Part shown: positions 29,700 through 40,792 of the stretch, in pieces
Layout: the number at the start of each line of letters is the position of its first letter
Position numbering within the stretch: the stretch's first letter is position 1
Source: an uncultured Candidatus Entotheonella sp.
GTDB taxonomy: Bacteria > Tectomicrobia > Entotheonellia > Entotheonellales > Entotheonellaceae
Length of the DNA: 64,000 bases
Direction of reading: 5' to 3'
Assembly: GCA_965217185.1 (NCBI GenBank)
Contig: OZ244252.1
Coordinates: 2,464,001 to 2,528,000 of the forward strand
Position numbers and translations under genes: made by a program
The notes under the pieces: generated by a model
The model's input: only the letters and a program-made list of their open reading frames with translations
What the model was told of the DNA's origin: nothing
The model's database searches: none

Positions 29700-30491
29700 T
29701 ATGTAGGCAAGTTGGAGCCCATCGCGATGAAAGACATACGCCGACAGGCGGTCTCCAGTCTTGCGGGCCTGTCAGCGACGCTCGATCAGCGCGGCGAGTT
29801 CTCCATGGAGCGCCAGCACCCTGACATCACGGCTTTTGTTCTGCTCAGGCTCCAGCCGGATGACGGCCTCAGACCAGTTGACGTTGGCCCACAGGAGCCC
29901 GATGACTTCACCCTGCCGCCACCCTGCGAGGTACGCAAAGCGCACCACATCGACGAGATACTCGGGCAGGTGCTTCAGGAGCGCATCCACTTCGTTCCGG
30001 GTGAAAAATTCGTTTCGCACCTTGAGTTCTGGCAGTCGGCTGACCACCGGCATGCGCGGTACCAGATCGTGCAGGTAACCCAATTTGAACGCACGCCGCA
30101 GCACCGAAAATTCACGGTTGATTGATTCTGCTGATCGCCCAGAACGTTGCATCCCGGCTTGGTAATGACTGATCATCAGGCTGGTGCACTCCCGTACCGT
30201 GCGGTTGGCAAAATTCCGGCGCAGCCTGTTCAGGTACGTCCAGTTGGACCGGGCCGTCCGTCTGTTTCCCTGATGATCGCGTTCCACCAAGTCAAACAGT
30301 TGGCTCATCATGACAACGGCCCGTTGGGGGTAAACATCATGGTTCGCCAGTTCGACAAGGCGCTGCCTCAGGAGCTTGACGGCTATCCTGCGGTCACGTG
30401 ACTCGGAAGACTCGCGATATTCCCGACCGTCGTGGCTGTAGGCGATCCACCAGATACGGCCACGCCTGAAAACGCGTCCATCCCCTCGCAT
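29700..30491 (-). pseudogene. truncated phage-type tyrosine integrase
   Basis: N-terminal arm WWIAY, AGWRQGEV (catalytic Arg region) and NK; premature TGA; no HxxR or Tyr half. Confidence 0.8.
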
Positions 30492-30619
30492 ACTGCCTCC
30501 TATGCGGGGTCAGTGCCGAAATCACCTTAGCACGCCGCTGCTCGGCAATCCATTCCTCCAGGCCGCGCACGGAAAAGCGGTGCTCCTTGCCGACCTGAAA
30601 GGCGAACGGCAGCGCCTCG

Positions 30620-30823
30620 ATGTTGGTGCAGCAACTGTGGCAGTTCATCAGGGATCCGGAGGTCGCCTGGAGCCGGAAGGCAATGGCCGCAGGTTCTCTG
30701 CTCTACCTGGTTTCACCCCTGGATGCGGTGCCGGATGTCATACCGGCAGGCGGCCTGCTCGATGACGTGGCGGTTATTCTCTTTGTCGCCCGCGTGCTGG
30801 CCGGCCCGCTGAAGAACACCTAA
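30620..30823 (+). CDS. DUF1232/YkvA-family fragment
   Basis: YLVSPLDAVPDVIP...LLDD motif. Confidence 0.7.
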   Translation: MLVQQLWQFIRDPEVAWSRKAMAAGSLLYLVSPLDAVPDVIPAGGLLDDVAVILFVARVLAGPLKNT

Positions 30824-30954
30824 TCCGACCTACATGAATAGGCGCTTATCCCGGCTTCCCGATTTATCTTGACTTGTCATCTGGAATCGTTTACGGACGA
30901 AATTTATGAGTTGGTGTTTTGACAAATATGGAGAGCGGAGAAAGGAGGTTCGAG

Positions 30955-31776
30955 ATGATGGATCGTCGCAGATTCCTGACCATTCTGAGTAGCACTGTGG
31001 CTGCTTTAGGCAGTGTGAACGTCCTTGCCGTCCACAAAGTCGCTGCCCTTGGCACGATGAAAAAGGCCTACACGTTTTTCACGCGTGCCGAAAGCGCCTT
31101 TATCGAGGCAGCGGTGGCCCGCATTATCCCGGCTGATGACCTTGGGCCGGGGGCTCTTGAGGCCGAGGCGTCGTACTTCATCGACCAGCAACTCACAGGT
31201 GATTATGGGGCCGGAGCCCGGTTTTACAACCAGGGACCCTTTGGCGCCACAACGCCGTATCAAGGGTATCAATTACCCCTGTCGCCCCGCGATCTGTATC
31301 GAGCCGGCATTGCCGCGACCGATCGCTATTGCCGCGAAACCTATGGCAAAGACTTCGCCCAACTGGAGCCGGCGCAGCAGGATGAGGTGCTGCAGGGGCT
31401 TCAGGGTGTGGCTGGCGATGTCGCCCTTGAGGACGTGCCTGGAGCGACCTTCTTCAGCCACCTTCTCACGGATGCCAAGGACGGGTTTTTCGCCGACCCG
31501 GCCTATGGCGGCAACAAGGACATGGCGGGCTGGAAGCTTGTCGGCTTTCCGGGTGTGCCGGCGCAATACACCGAACTCATCGAACGCCATAACGAGGCGT
31601 ACGATGTCGAGCCCGTTGACCTGGGCAGCATGCAGCATGCCGGCATGCTGCATGATCACTTGCACGCTGTCCATCGTCGCGCCGCTGTTCCGAGGCGCAC
31701 GACGGCGCCTGAACCGCGCCCGGTGGACCCCGACGAACCCTACGACTGGAAGTCAGGACCGAGGTTTTCCGTGTAA
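30955..31776 (+). CDS. gluconate 2-dehydrogenase subunit 3-like protein
   Basis: Tat RRRFL signal; RIIPADDLGPGA and GFFADPAYGGNKDMAGWKLVGFPG motifs. Confidence 0.9.
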   Translation: MMDRRRFLTILSSTVAALGSVNVLAVHKVAALGTMKKAYTFFTRAESAFIEAAVARIIPADDLGPGALEAEASYFIDQQLTGDYGAGARFYNQGPFGATTPYQGYQLPLSPRDLYRAGIAATDRYCRETYGKDFAQLEPAQQDEVLQGLQGVAGDVALEDVPGATFFSHLLTDAKDGFFADPAYGGNKDMAGWKLVGFPGVPAQYTELIERHNEAYDVEPVDLGSMQHAGMLHDHLHAVHRRAAVPRRTTAPEPRPVDPDEPYDWKSGPRFSV

Positions 31777-31805
31777 GTCCCGCCTATCAAGGAGAGGAGG
31801 ACATC

Positions 31806-33569
31806 ATGGCTACCAGACTCAAACCAGTAGATGCAGTGATTATAGGCGTGGGTTGGGCCGGCAGTATCATGGCCAACGAGTTGGCCAAGGCCGGCCTCAA
31901 AGTCGTCGGGCTGGAGCGCGGTCGCTACCGCGGGCAGGAGGAATTCGCTCTGCCTGGCATCCATGACGAGCTCAAGTACAATCGCCGTTTGGAGTTATTC
32001 GAGGACCTCTCCCGCAGTACGATCACCTGTCGCAACAACACCGGTGAAGTCGCCCGGCCCATGCGGCGGCATGGACCGTTTCCCTGGGGCGAAGGACTGG
32101 GCGGTGCCGGTTTCCACTGGGCCGGCTGGACGTGGCGCCATAGTCCCTGGTCGTTCAAGATACGCACCAACACCATCGAGCGCTACGGTGAGCGCGCCAT
32201 CCCGACGGATTCGACGATCCAGGACTGGCCGATGACGTACGACGAGCTGGAGCCCTACTACGACAAGTTCGAGTACGCCATCGGACTTTCGGGCAAGGCC
32301 GGCAATCTCAATGGGGAAATTCAGGCGGGTGGAAATCCTTTCGAGGGGCCCCGTTCCCGGGAGTTTCCGAATCCTCCCTTGCGGAAGAGCTACGGCATGT
32401 CCGTGTTCGAGGAGGCAACGCGGTCGCTGGGCTATCATCCCTTCCCAATTCCCGCCGCGCAGACGAGCCGGCCCTACACCAACCCCGATGGGGTGGGGAT
32501 GGGTTCGTGTGTGTATTGCGGCTACTGCATGAACACCGGCTGTGAGGTCGCGGCCAAGGCCACGCCGCAGACGACGGTCTTGCCGTCTGCCCTGCAGACG
32601 GGAAATTTCGAGATTCGTACCCACGCGGCGGTGACGCGCATCAACACCTCCGGCAATCGCGCCACGAGCGTGACGTACATTGACGGGCGTGGACGCGAGG
32701 TCGAACAGCCGGCGGATATCGTTTTGCTGACGGCTTTTACATGGAGCAATACCCAGCAGTTGCTGGTCTCCGGTATTGGCAAACCCTACGATCCGGCGAC
32801 GGGAACAGGCAACGTGGGGAAGAACTACGCCTGGCACGGTGCCATGCCCTACATCCCGTTGTACTACGACGATGGGCACGTCTTTAACCCCTTCATGGGC
32901 GCCGGCGCGCTCGGTATGAGCTTTTCTGACCTGGAAGGCGATAACTTCGATCACACCGACCTCGGTTTCATCGGCGGCATCTTCATGACCTACTTCCAGC
33001 TTGGCAGTGGCCCGATGATGTATCAGCCCACGCCGCCGGGCACGCCGAGTTGGGGCTCGGAATGGAAACAGGCCGTGGCGCATTACTACAACCGCTCGCT
33101 CCAGGTGGTCGGTTTTCACGACCACCTGTCGTATCGCGGCAATTACATGGATCTCGATCCAAACTACAACGATATCTACGGCAATCCGTTACTGCGCCTG
33201 ACCTACGATATCGGGCCTAACGAGATCCGCATGTCAGACTACATGGTTGGCGTAGGGCACGAGGTTGCCAAGGCGATGAAGCCCAGCCGCTATGCGGTCT
33301 ACGGCTCGCCCAAGCGCTTCGATGCCGGTGCCAACTACTTCGTGATCCATCAGGTCGGCGGCGCCATGACGGGCTCGACGCCCGAAAACAGCGTCGTGAA
33401 CAAATACATGCAGAGTTGGGACGTGCCCAATCTGTTCGTGATAGGCGCCAGCGCCTTCCCGCAGATTACGGCTTACAACCCGACGGGTACGGTGGGCGCG
33501 CTGTCCTACATGTCGGCAGATGCGATTATCAACCAGTACCTCAAGAACCCTGGCCCGCTGGTATCGTAG
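31806..33569 (+). CDS. GMC oxidoreductase, gluconate 2-dehydrogenase flavoprotein-like
   Basis: GVGWAG FAD motif, CVYCGYC, HQVGG and YNPTGT. Confidence 0.92.
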   Translation: MATRLKPVDAVIIGVGWAGSIMANELAKAGLKVVGLERGRYRGQEEFALPGIHDELKYNRRLELFEDLSRSTITCRNNTGEVARPMRRHGPFPWGEGLGGAGFHWAGWTWRHSPWSFKIRTNTIERYGERAIPTDSTIQDWPMTYDELEPYYDKFEYAIGLSGKAGNLNGEIQAGGNPFEGPRSREFPNPPLRKSYGMSVFEEATRSLGYHPFPIPAAQTSRPYTNPDGVGMGSCVYCGYCMNTGCEVAAKATPQTTVLPSALQTGNFEIRTHAAVTRINTSGNRATSVTYIDGRGREVEQPADIVLLTAFTWSNTQQLLVSGIGKPYDPATGTGNVGKNYAWHGAMPYIPLYYDDGHVFNPFMGAGALGMSFSDLEGDNFDHTDLGFIGGIFMTYFQLGSGPMMYQPTPPGTPSWGSEWKQAVAHYYNRSLQVVGFHDHLSYRGNYMDLDPNYNDIYGNPLLRLTYDIGPNEIRMSDYMVGVGHEVAKAMKPSRYAVYGSPKRFDAGANYFVIHQVGGAMTGSTPENSVVNKYMQSWDVPNLFVIGASAFPQITAYNPTGTVGALSYMSADAIINQYLKNPGPLVS

Positions 33570-33758
33570 GCCAGACCGCATCACGCGGTGCACGGATGCC
33601 GGGTGCGTTCCGGGAATGCACCCGGCGCCGTGTTCATCCCTCCTGGAATCTCGTTAACAGTCCTGCCGTTTCCAAGTCTCTGTTACGCTAGAACTCCTGC
33701 GGCTGCCGGTCGGGCAAAGTTGTCCGCGTTGTGGCTGAAACGTTTGAAAAGCTGGACG

Positions 33759-33952
33759 ATGGAAACGAACACGAGGGCAATTGTGCGGAGACTACAGAGA
33801 GAGGGATGGCGATTGGCCCGACACGGTGGTAGCCACGAAATATACGAACATCCCGACACCGGGCCATCATCAGGCTGCCGCGTCATAGGGTGGTTTCCAT
33901 TGGCATAGCACGGCAAATCGCTAAACTGGCCGGCTGGACGGAGAGGGGGTGA
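33759..33952 (+). pseudogene. hicA: HicA toxin, frameshifted
   Basis: GW...GGSHEIYEHP, then continues in another frame as IRLPRH...IARQIAKLAGW. Confidence 0.8.
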
Positions 33953-33956
33953 GGTT

Positions 33957-34220
33957 ATGCTGCGATACCCCGTAGTCATTGATGGGGAAAAGGGTGCGTA
34001 TGGAATCGTCTTTCCCGATTTGCCAGGCGCTTTTGCCATGGGCGCGACCGTAGACGAGGCGCTGGCAGACGCTGAGGATATGCTCCCCAGTTATGTGAAT
34101 GTGATGGAGGCGAAGGGGCAGAAGGTTCCCCCACCCAGCGCTGTAGAGGACGTAGAACTTCAGCCGGGCGAAATGGTGGCTTTTGTGACCCTTGGGACTC
34201 CCGCCAAAATAGATCATTGA
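33957..34220 (+). CDS. hicB: HicB antitoxin
   Basis: YGIVFPDLPGAFAMGATVDEA motif. Confidence 0.88.
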   Translation: MLRYPVVIDGEKGAYGIVFPDLPGAFAMGATVDEALADAEDMLPSYVNVMEAKGQKVPPPSAVEDVELQPGEMVAFVTLGTPAKIDH

Positions 34221-34447
34221 TCAGCGTCTCGAGGACACCGTATAGTTCCACTCCCCATGGAACTTATCGCGCTCGATAGCAACTCTCGCCAGTTGGTCAT
34301 CCGTTACCTCTCGACCCGTCGGATAGCTCCCGTCGTCCAACTCCGCCTGTATCTCCAGACCGCCCTTCGTGGTCGTGTTGCCGATCAAGTTCACCGCCAC
34401 CTCACGGCTCACCAACGGTCGCCCACCCCAGTTCTCGGGAATGTGAC
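34221..34447 (-). mobile_element. ISAzo13-family transposase 3' remnant
   Basis: VNLIGNTTTKGGL and FHGEWNY motifs; similar to 47810-47920. Confidence 0.8.
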
Positions 34448-34610
34448 TGCTGCGGCGAACATGGCTGCCTTGCGGCGTCTGGCGTTGAATCTATTACGAC
34501 AGCAGCGCTCCAGAGCCCTCAGCGTCAGGCAGAAACGACTCCTTTGCAGTCTCGATGAAGGGTACTTGCTGCAGGTATTGGCGGGGGCAACTTGAAATGC
34601 GATTGCCCTG
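34448..34610 (+). mobile_element. ISAs1-family transposase 3' remnant with terminal IR
   Basis: NMAALRRLALNLL motif followed by atgcgattgccctg. Confidence 0.75.
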
Positions 34611-34872
34611 GGCGGACGCTGGGCCTGTAGGTAGATTGAACGGTGAAGAATTCGTCATGCCATCAAGCAAACCGGCTTCGCCCTCGGCGCCCGGCCCGGC
34701 CAACAATTCATGTTGATTACCCTCCGGTACTCGCGAAAATCGGAGGGACGCGGTTTGCGCGGCCGGCTGGCTCGCGATAACCGAACGGGGTACGGCGACC
34801 TCGGCTACCGAGATGTATCAAAATCGGTCGTTTTCTTGATGGTGTTGCCATCTCGCTAGGGAGGGCTTCTTT

Positions 34873-35118
34873 TTGCACGTAGGATATGCGCGAGTCTCCA
34901 CGGAGGCACAGGATACAAGGCCACAGCTTGACGACCTCACCGACGCGGGTTGCGAGCGGATCTACCCGGAGACCGTCTCAGGCAGCAATCGGGAGCGTCC
35001 GGAATTGGAGAAATTCTTCGATGCCCTGCGGAGTGGTGATGCGCTGAAGGTGTGGCGGTTGGTCAGGTTGGGACGCAGCCTAACGGGCCTGGTGGGCATG
35101 ATTTCGGACCTTCCGTAG
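34873..35118 (+). pseudogene. truncated serine resolvase
   Basis: GYARVST and VWRLVRLGRS motifs; only 81 aa. Confidence 0.8.
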
Positions 35119-35206
35119 ATGTGCCGGCGAGCCTGCGGCTACCTTTCCCCTTGGGGTCGACAGAAGGGGGCGTCCTGATTGGTGATTTCTGAAATGGCTT
35201 CTGAAT

Positions 35207-36493
35207 TCACTTCTCGAACGTTCGCATAACTCGAAAGCCGATCTTGGAGGAGCGCTCGTCGGGCACATTCGCGTGACGGCGGGCAGAACGAATATCCAGC
35301 GGTTTATCCTTCCAGGAGCCGCCACGCACGACACGCCTGGTGCAATTTCCGGTACCCCGCGCCCGGCCGTCTTCGGGCGCCCCATCGTAATGGCTGTTAT
35401 AACAGTCCAGCGTCCACTCACTGGCATTTCCGTGTATATCGTGGAGACCAAGGGCATTCGCCTCAAAAGACCCCACTTCCAGCGTTCGCCCCATATATAT
35501 ATCTGAAGTGAGAACGCCGCTACGGCGCCAATCGTATCGCCCGTCATAGTTGGCCTGTTCAGACGTGATTGACTGGCCTGTGTGAAACAGGGTCGTCGTG
35601 TTGGCTCTCGCCACGTATTCCCACTCTGACTCGCTCGGTAGTCGGTAATCCATACCCGTCCGGCCAGACAGCCAGTCTGTATACGCCTTCGCTTCATGCC
35701 AAGTCACGTGGGTAATGGGCCGCTTCCCGTCTCTCGACCCATCATGCCTGTCGAGAGTAATAGAACTGCAGCCGCCTTCCTTGACACAGGCCTCCCACTC
35801 CGCGAGGGTGACCTCATAGGCGCCGACGGCAAACGGATAAGCAATTTCCACGGCATGCCTTGGTTCTTCATTAACCTTAACCTTAGCGTCTTTTTCCGAG
35901 GGCCCAGAACCCATAAGGAACTTTCCCGGTGGTATTAGAGCCATTTTGGGGCAGTGGTCAACACAGTCTCGAAATGAAACGGGACCCCGCAACAGCATCC
36001 CGACTGTTTCTTGGCTGACAAAACCCGTCGGCGTCTCACCGCGAGACTTCTGCCAGCAGCTTATCGCGCCGCGCGTCTGTGCATCAAATAACAGGGCCAC
36101 CTCTTCGCTGGGTTCGCATCCGAATTGTGCCAGATGAAACTTTATCCAACGAATTTGCCAGCGTTCCAGATTCAGCTCTGCCTCTTTAACTTCTGCGATA
36201 TCCTTTTCCAGAATGATTTTCAGCTTCTGCAAAATCTCTTCCTGTCGCTCACCGGCAGCGACAAGAAGCTGCTTCGTGGCCGCCATGCGTTCCCCGTTGT
36301 CTTCGGCCTGCTGCCTCAGGACGTTCGCCTGCTCTCTCAGTTCCTCTACATCGATGTCAATGTCAGCCACGCGATTTCGTATGGTGAAGAAGTGGACCAC
36401 TTGGAACGCAAACAGGATGAGGACTGTCAAAAGGACTGTGAGGACTAATGGATTCCGCAAGGAGAATGCACCAGTATCTTGGCCTTCACGCAC
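35207..36493 (-). CDS. membrane-anchored FGE-sulfatase (SUMF1) domain protein with coiled coil and PG-binding-like segment
   Basis: YRLPSESEWEY, GLHDIHGNASEW and RGGSW...GFRV motifs. Confidence 0.88.
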   Translation of the reverse strand: MREGQDTGAFSLRNPLVLTVLLTVLILFAFQVVHFFTIRNRVADIDIDVEELREQANVLRQQAEDNGERMAATKQLLVAAGERQEEILQKLKIILEKDIAEVKEAELNLERWQIRWIKFHLAQFGCEPSEEVALLFDAQTRGAISCWQKSRGETPTGFVSQETVGMLLRGPVSFRDCVDHCPKMALIPPGKFLMGSGPSEKDAKVKVNEEPRHAVEIAYPFAVGAYEVTLAEWEACVKEGGCSSITLDRHDGSRDGKRPITHVTWHEAKAYTDWLSGRTGMDYRLPSESEWEYVARANTTTLFHTGQSITSEQANYDGRYDWRRSGVLTSDIYMGRTLEVGSFEANALGLHDIHGNASEWTLDCYNSHYDGAPEDGRARGTGNCTRRVVRGGSWKDKPLDIRSARRHANVPDERSSKIGFRVMRTFEK

Positions 36494-36624
36494 CAGTTTC
36501 TCCTTTCTCGTTGGCGTCTGAAAATTGAAGCAATACCCAAAGGAACCTGCACGGCCGCGGCGCCGCGCGGTTCGGCCTTCGGTCGTTCAGCATGGCTACA
36601 TCCTTCCTATTCCGCTTTAGCTCG

Positions 36625-37467
36625 TCAGTCCTTTTCGAGCAAGTCGAGAAGCGTGCCTCGTGATGCCACAGAGTCGATATTGGCCTTCACGACACAATCC
36701 AATTTGCTACCCTCCGTGTAAACGGCAGGGGCTACACAGTGTACTCGACCTTCGGTTTTGAATTTCTCGGCCTTCTCTCTGGCCTTCCCGGTTTTCGGCT
36801 TGAACACGATAATGGACAAGCCGCCCTGATCCTTCACGAGACGGAAGCATGGTACGTCCGTGGGTCCATCCCCAATAAAGATCATGTTTTCAAAGGGCAC
36901 GGGACGATCTCGTTTTTCAACAAATTCGTTAACCTGGCTGGTATCGCTCAGGTCGTGAGCACCCTTGTTGATACGAAAAAGATACTGGGTCTTGGTGGTG
37001 AAGTTGACCGCCAAGGCCGGCCAAACGGCCACGCCGTTTTGGTTGAACTTGAACTTGGAAGCGTAAACTTGTGCAAACTTTGAGGCGATTGGCGTGCCGG
37101 AGACGATCTCTGCATTTCCAGAGGAGACGAGATAATGCTCAACGTGCACGCCTTTACCGCTCCCATATTCGGTGATTCGATCGAACCATCCTTCAACGCC
37201 CTCAAATAGTCTTATGGACTCACCTTGCTTCTCGAAATCTTCCCTTTTTACCGGCACGCCGGCGGCGTCGGCCTTGCGCAGCATTTGCTCCATGTAAACC
37301 AGGACATGGTCAGCCTGATGTTCCTTGGTCAAGGCCATGACCTCCGCCCAGAATTCACTCGGCTTTACGCCGATATCCGGCAGGAATTGACGCTCCTGCA
37401 TATTGCCTGGCGCAAGCGTTCCGTCGAAATCGTAGGCAATCGCCATCGGTATGTCTTTCTTGGCCAT
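36625..37467 (-). CDS. HAD-like hydrolase
   Basis: YDFDGTL, SSG and IGDGPTD motifs. Confidence 0.85.
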   Translation of the reverse strand: MAKKDIPMAIAYDFDGTLAPGNMQERQFLPDIGVKPSEFWAEVMALTKEHQADHVLVYMEQMLRKADAAGVPVKREDFEKQGESIRLFEGVEGWFDRITEYGSGKGVHVEHYLVSSGNAEIVSGTPIASKFAQVYASKFKFNQNGVAVWPALAVNFTTKTQYLFRINKGAHDLSDTSQVNEFVEKRDRPVPFENMIFIGDGPTDVPCFRLVKDQGGLSIIVFKPKTGKAREKAEKFKTEGRVHCVAPAVYTEGSKLDCVVKANIDSVASRGTLLDLLEKD

Positions 37468-37656
37468 GAATTCCTTTCTCCAAGGGTGGTCCGCCGGTGG
37501 GCCTGTAATTGGTCCTTCCACGGGCCTTGCTTCGCGCCTTCGGAAGTTTTCATTTGTGCCTTTATTGCGGTGGTTTTCTGCCTCCGCATAAGGTGTCGCA
37601 TACGGCCCAAGCGGTCTGGCTGACATGGTTCTGCGTAACACGGACAGGCATGGCAT

Positions 37657-38754
37657 CTACTTCGGTTCGTCACACCATACGTACCGACATTTCAGTGACG
37701 TGAGCCGACTGCAGGGCAGCCTCTTTTCCTTCTGCAGCCGTCCTACGACAATGAAAGGGGCGACGCCAACGGACCGAGCGAACCCCCTGACGGACCGCGA
37801 GGTAAATGTGCCGTTGTCGCAGAAGGCTTTCCAAGATTCGGGCGGGATCAGGAAGTCCCTGGCGAATCGATTGGCCTCATCTTCGAGTTCCGCGGTACCG
37901 GGGTCGGCGATGCCGTCGATCACGATGCGCCGGCGGGTGCGGTGCCGGAGCAGGTGGCACGCCTCGTGGAAGAATGTAAACCAGAAGATGTCGGCCCACT
38001 TGCCCCGGATGCTCATCTGGATCAGGGCTGTGTGGTCGCTGAGCCAGCGCGCGGCGCCGTTCGCCCCGCTTTTGGGAAGCTCCGGCACTAGGCACAGGGC
38101 CACGCCAGCCTGCGCGCACAGGGCCGTCATGGCGGGAACGAACTTGTCGGGCGGGTCTTCGGTCATCCGCCGGATGTCGTAAAGGGCGGCCCCGAACAGG
38201 TCCGCGTCGTAGTTGGCGATCGACTGTTCGCTTGCCTCAAGCTCGCCCTTGCGAAGCCAGACGGCAAGAGCGCCGGGTGACACCTTTTCCTGGGCGGCCG
38301 GGGTAATTCGGAATCCCACGGCTTCCTGGTAGGCGAAGGGTTCGGGAACGGCCACCTCCAGAAAGCCGAGAAGGGCTTCCAACCTGCTGATCTTGTCACG
38401 GCCGGCGGTTATCCATCCACGCTTGATCATTTCCCGGATCGGGTACGCATCCAGCCACTTCACGTTTTCGGCGAGCGCTGCTTTTTCCCGGTTGCGGGCA
38501 AGTGTCATGCGATAGTCGGTTTCCAGCTTGATCCAGTACTGAGGATCGATACCAAGCACCCTTCCCAGCCCGATTGCCGTGTCCGGCGTGATGGCCTTTT
38601 TCGCGCGGATGATCTCGTTGATCACCTGCGGCGGCCTGCCAAGCCGAGCCGCGAGTTCCTTCTGGCTCATGCCGCGGGCCTCGATTTCCTCTTGCAAGAC
38701 CTCACCCGGGGAAATCGCCATATCCGACACCACATGGGAGATCTCAGTCGTCAT
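37657..38754 (-). CDS. HigA HTH fused to an ImmA/IrrE metallopeptidase
   Basis: SPGEVL HTH; FWFTFFHEACH and EDEANRFA motifs. Confidence 0.88.
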   Translation of the reverse strand: MTTEISHVVSDMAISPGEVLQEEIEARGMSQKELAARLGRPPQVINEIIRAKKAITPDTAIGLGRVLGIDPQYWIKLETDYRMTLARNREKAALAENVKWLDAYPIREMIKRGWITAGRDKISRLEALLGFLEVAVPEPFAYQEAVGFRITPAAQEKVSPGALAVWLRKGELEASEQSIANYDADLFGAALYDIRRMTEDPPDKFVPAMTALCAQAGVALCLVPELPKSGANGAARWLSDHTALIQMSIRGKWADIFWFTFFHEACHLLRHRTRRRIVIDGIADPGTAELEDEANRFARDFLIPPESWKAFCDNGTFTSRSVRGFARSVGVAPFIVVGRLQKEKRLPCSRLTSLKCRYVWCDEPK

Positions 38755-39043
38755 AATGGTTGCTCACTTCCTCGATGATTACGCTGTTCTCTCGGTCTCC
38801 TTCAGTCACGATGAGACGCCACCTACCCGTCAAGGTTATGGCCAGCTCACCTTTTCTGGAGCCCTTCAGGGGATGGAGCCCGATGGCCCTGGGTTTATAG
38901 GCTTCCTGCAAACTCGAAATGGCCTGGAGCTGTTTGATTCGCGTGATGAACTTCCTCGCCACATCCGGCCCCCAACGCTGGACGGCCGTTGCCGATTGCT
39001 CATAACAGCGTCGAAGTTGACGCGTCCTGAAAGTGATTTCCAT
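38744..39043 (-). CDS. higB: HigB-family toxin
   Basis: LHPLKGSRKGELAITLTGRWRL motif; upstream of the HigA fusion. Confidence 0.85.
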   Translation of the reverse strand: MEITFRTRQLRRCYEQSATAVQRWGPDVARKFITRIKQLQAISSLQEAYKPRAIGLHPLKGSRKGELAITLTGRWRLIVTEGDRENSVIIEEVSNHYDD

Positions 39044-39170
39044 GATTCACCCTATAGGTGAATATATTCGGCAGACATGCATTCGTCAAGGCGCAATGGA
39101 ACTGCGATATCCGGCAAGGCAGGCATGAGGCGTATGAATTCACTGGCGAAAATAACGAGAAGTTTGTGTA

Positions 39171-39445
39171 GGGCCTGTTGACATTTAGGCAAGTGCCAAG
39201 CGAGAACTCACGGCATGAATCATCGCGGCGTAGCTGACATCGGTCTTCTCGAAACGCATGGCAACACGGCGGAAGTTCTTGAGTTTACAGAAGAAATTCT
39301 CCACCAAGTGCCGCCACTTGTACATCTCCGAGTCGTACTCGATCACCTCGGCGCGATTCGCCCTGGGAGGAATCACCACCATAGCGCCACAGGCTTGCAA
39401 CTGAGCGCGCAACTCGTTGCTGAGGGGCTGTAGCGCGTGCTCGCG
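39171..39445 (-). mobile_element. IS5-family transposase 3' remnant
   Basis: YKWRHLVENFFCKLKNFRRVAMRFEK motif and terminal ggcctgttgac. Confidence 0.8.
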
Positions 39446-39576
39446 CCGTGTCTGGAGAGGCCATTCCCCGGGTCGCATGCCGGCGAGGGCAGGGCTTGGT
39501 GGCGGCCCTTGTGTGCCCGGTGACGGCGACCCTGTCGTCGGGTGAAAAGGACCAGCGCCCAGCGCTTCCTGCGGTG

Positions 39577-40023
39577 TCAGGCAGGGATCTCCGGCTGCTC
39601 GGCCTTCGCCTTTCCCGCTTTGGCCTGCGGGTGCCTTGCCGACCTGAGCTCGGCCAACTGACGCTCGCGCTCAGGCAGTTCGGCGGCGGCGCGCGCCGCT
39701 TCTTCGGGGCTCACTTCGCCCGCCACGTTACCGTGCAGGTCGTAGCGCGGCGCCCCCTCGGTCAGGCACTTGAGGTAGGCTACCCGGCGCTCGAGATTGC
39801 CGTGGAACCACAGGTTGATGGCGGCGCGCCACACCTGGCTGGAGACCTGCTCGCCGTCCTCGGCTTCGGCCAGGGCCTGCTGCAGGCGGTAGCCCTCGCC
39901 CACGGCCCAGGGCTTCAGGGCGCCGCGGACGGCAGGGAACAATGCCGGGAAGCGCGGACGCAGCCGCCTGAGCAGTTCACGCGACTTCAGCCTGGTGGTG
40001 TTGGTTAAATTCCGGTTTGGCAT
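39577..40023 (-). CDS. ProQ/FinO-family RNA chaperone-like protein
   Basis: FPALF...LKPWAVG and YLKCLTEGAPRYDLHGNVAGEV motifs. Confidence 0.78.
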   Translation of the reverse strand: MPNRNLTNTTRLKSRELLRRLRPRFPALFPAVRGALKPWAVGEGYRLQQALAEAEDGEQVSSQVWRAAINLWFHGNLERRVAYLKCLTEGAPRYDLHGNVAGEVSPEEAARAAAELPERERQLAELRSARHPQAKAGKAKAEQPEIPA

Positions 40024-40462
40024 GAATGCTCCCTCGACGGTCGGACATGGACGGGATCGTGTGCCGGTAAAGGTAGCACGACAGCCGGCTACAGGCATGG
40101 CCCCGTCTCGGCAGATGGGCCTGACGGCATTCTGGCACCATTGCGCGACCCTGGAGGAGGCGCCCGTCACCACGGCGACTGACGCCGCAAGAGAGAGCAG
40201 TACCAGAAATCGAAGCGGCTGACGCCTTCACGGGAGCCGGTTTATCCCCTGTCCTGACAGCCCCCGCCTTTCGGAGACCCGACATGCTTCCCGTCCTGAC
40301 CGTCAATCGCTCCTTCATACACGAATTCATGGACGCCGAGACACCCTGCGGCGCCCTCGGCCTGGTCGAAGAAAACGGGCGGCAAAGCGGGCCCCTCCAA
40401 TTCTGCGCGTTGCCGGTTATACATGGTAGGATGCCACGCAATGTGAACGACGAGGATCGATT

Positions 40463-40792
40463 ATGCCAACGCATCAGGAAATGGAACAGTTTGTAGCGAC
40501 GTTGAGCCGGGTGGAAAAAGCCCAACTGCTTCAGTGGGTGGTCCAGGACCTGGGCAATGCCTTCCCCGGTGTCGAAAGCCGTCCGGAGGTGTGTGGCGGC
40601 GAAGCCTGCGTGGTTCGCACCCGCATTCCGGTCTGGCTTCTGGTGCAGGCGCGGCGGCTTGGCACGAGCGACATTGACATTTTACGAAGCTACCCCACCC
40701 TACGGGTGGAGGATCTGGCCAATGCCTGGGCTTATGCCCGCTCGCATGCTGAGGAAATGGACCGACAGATTCGCGACAACGAGGCGGCTTGA
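40463..40792 (+). CDS. DUF433 antitoxin-like protein
   Basis: VCGGEACVVRTRIPV and YPTL motifs. Confidence 0.85.
   Translation: MPTHQEMEQFVATLSRVEKAQLLQWVVQDLGNAFPGVESRPEVCGGEACVVRTRIPVWLLVQARRLGTSDIDILRSYPTLRVEDLANAWAYARSHAEEMDRQIRDNEAA

Noticed and set aside
29700..30620. Prophage
   Set aside because: Only a truncated integrase and an excisionase-like fragment; no structural genes or att pair seen
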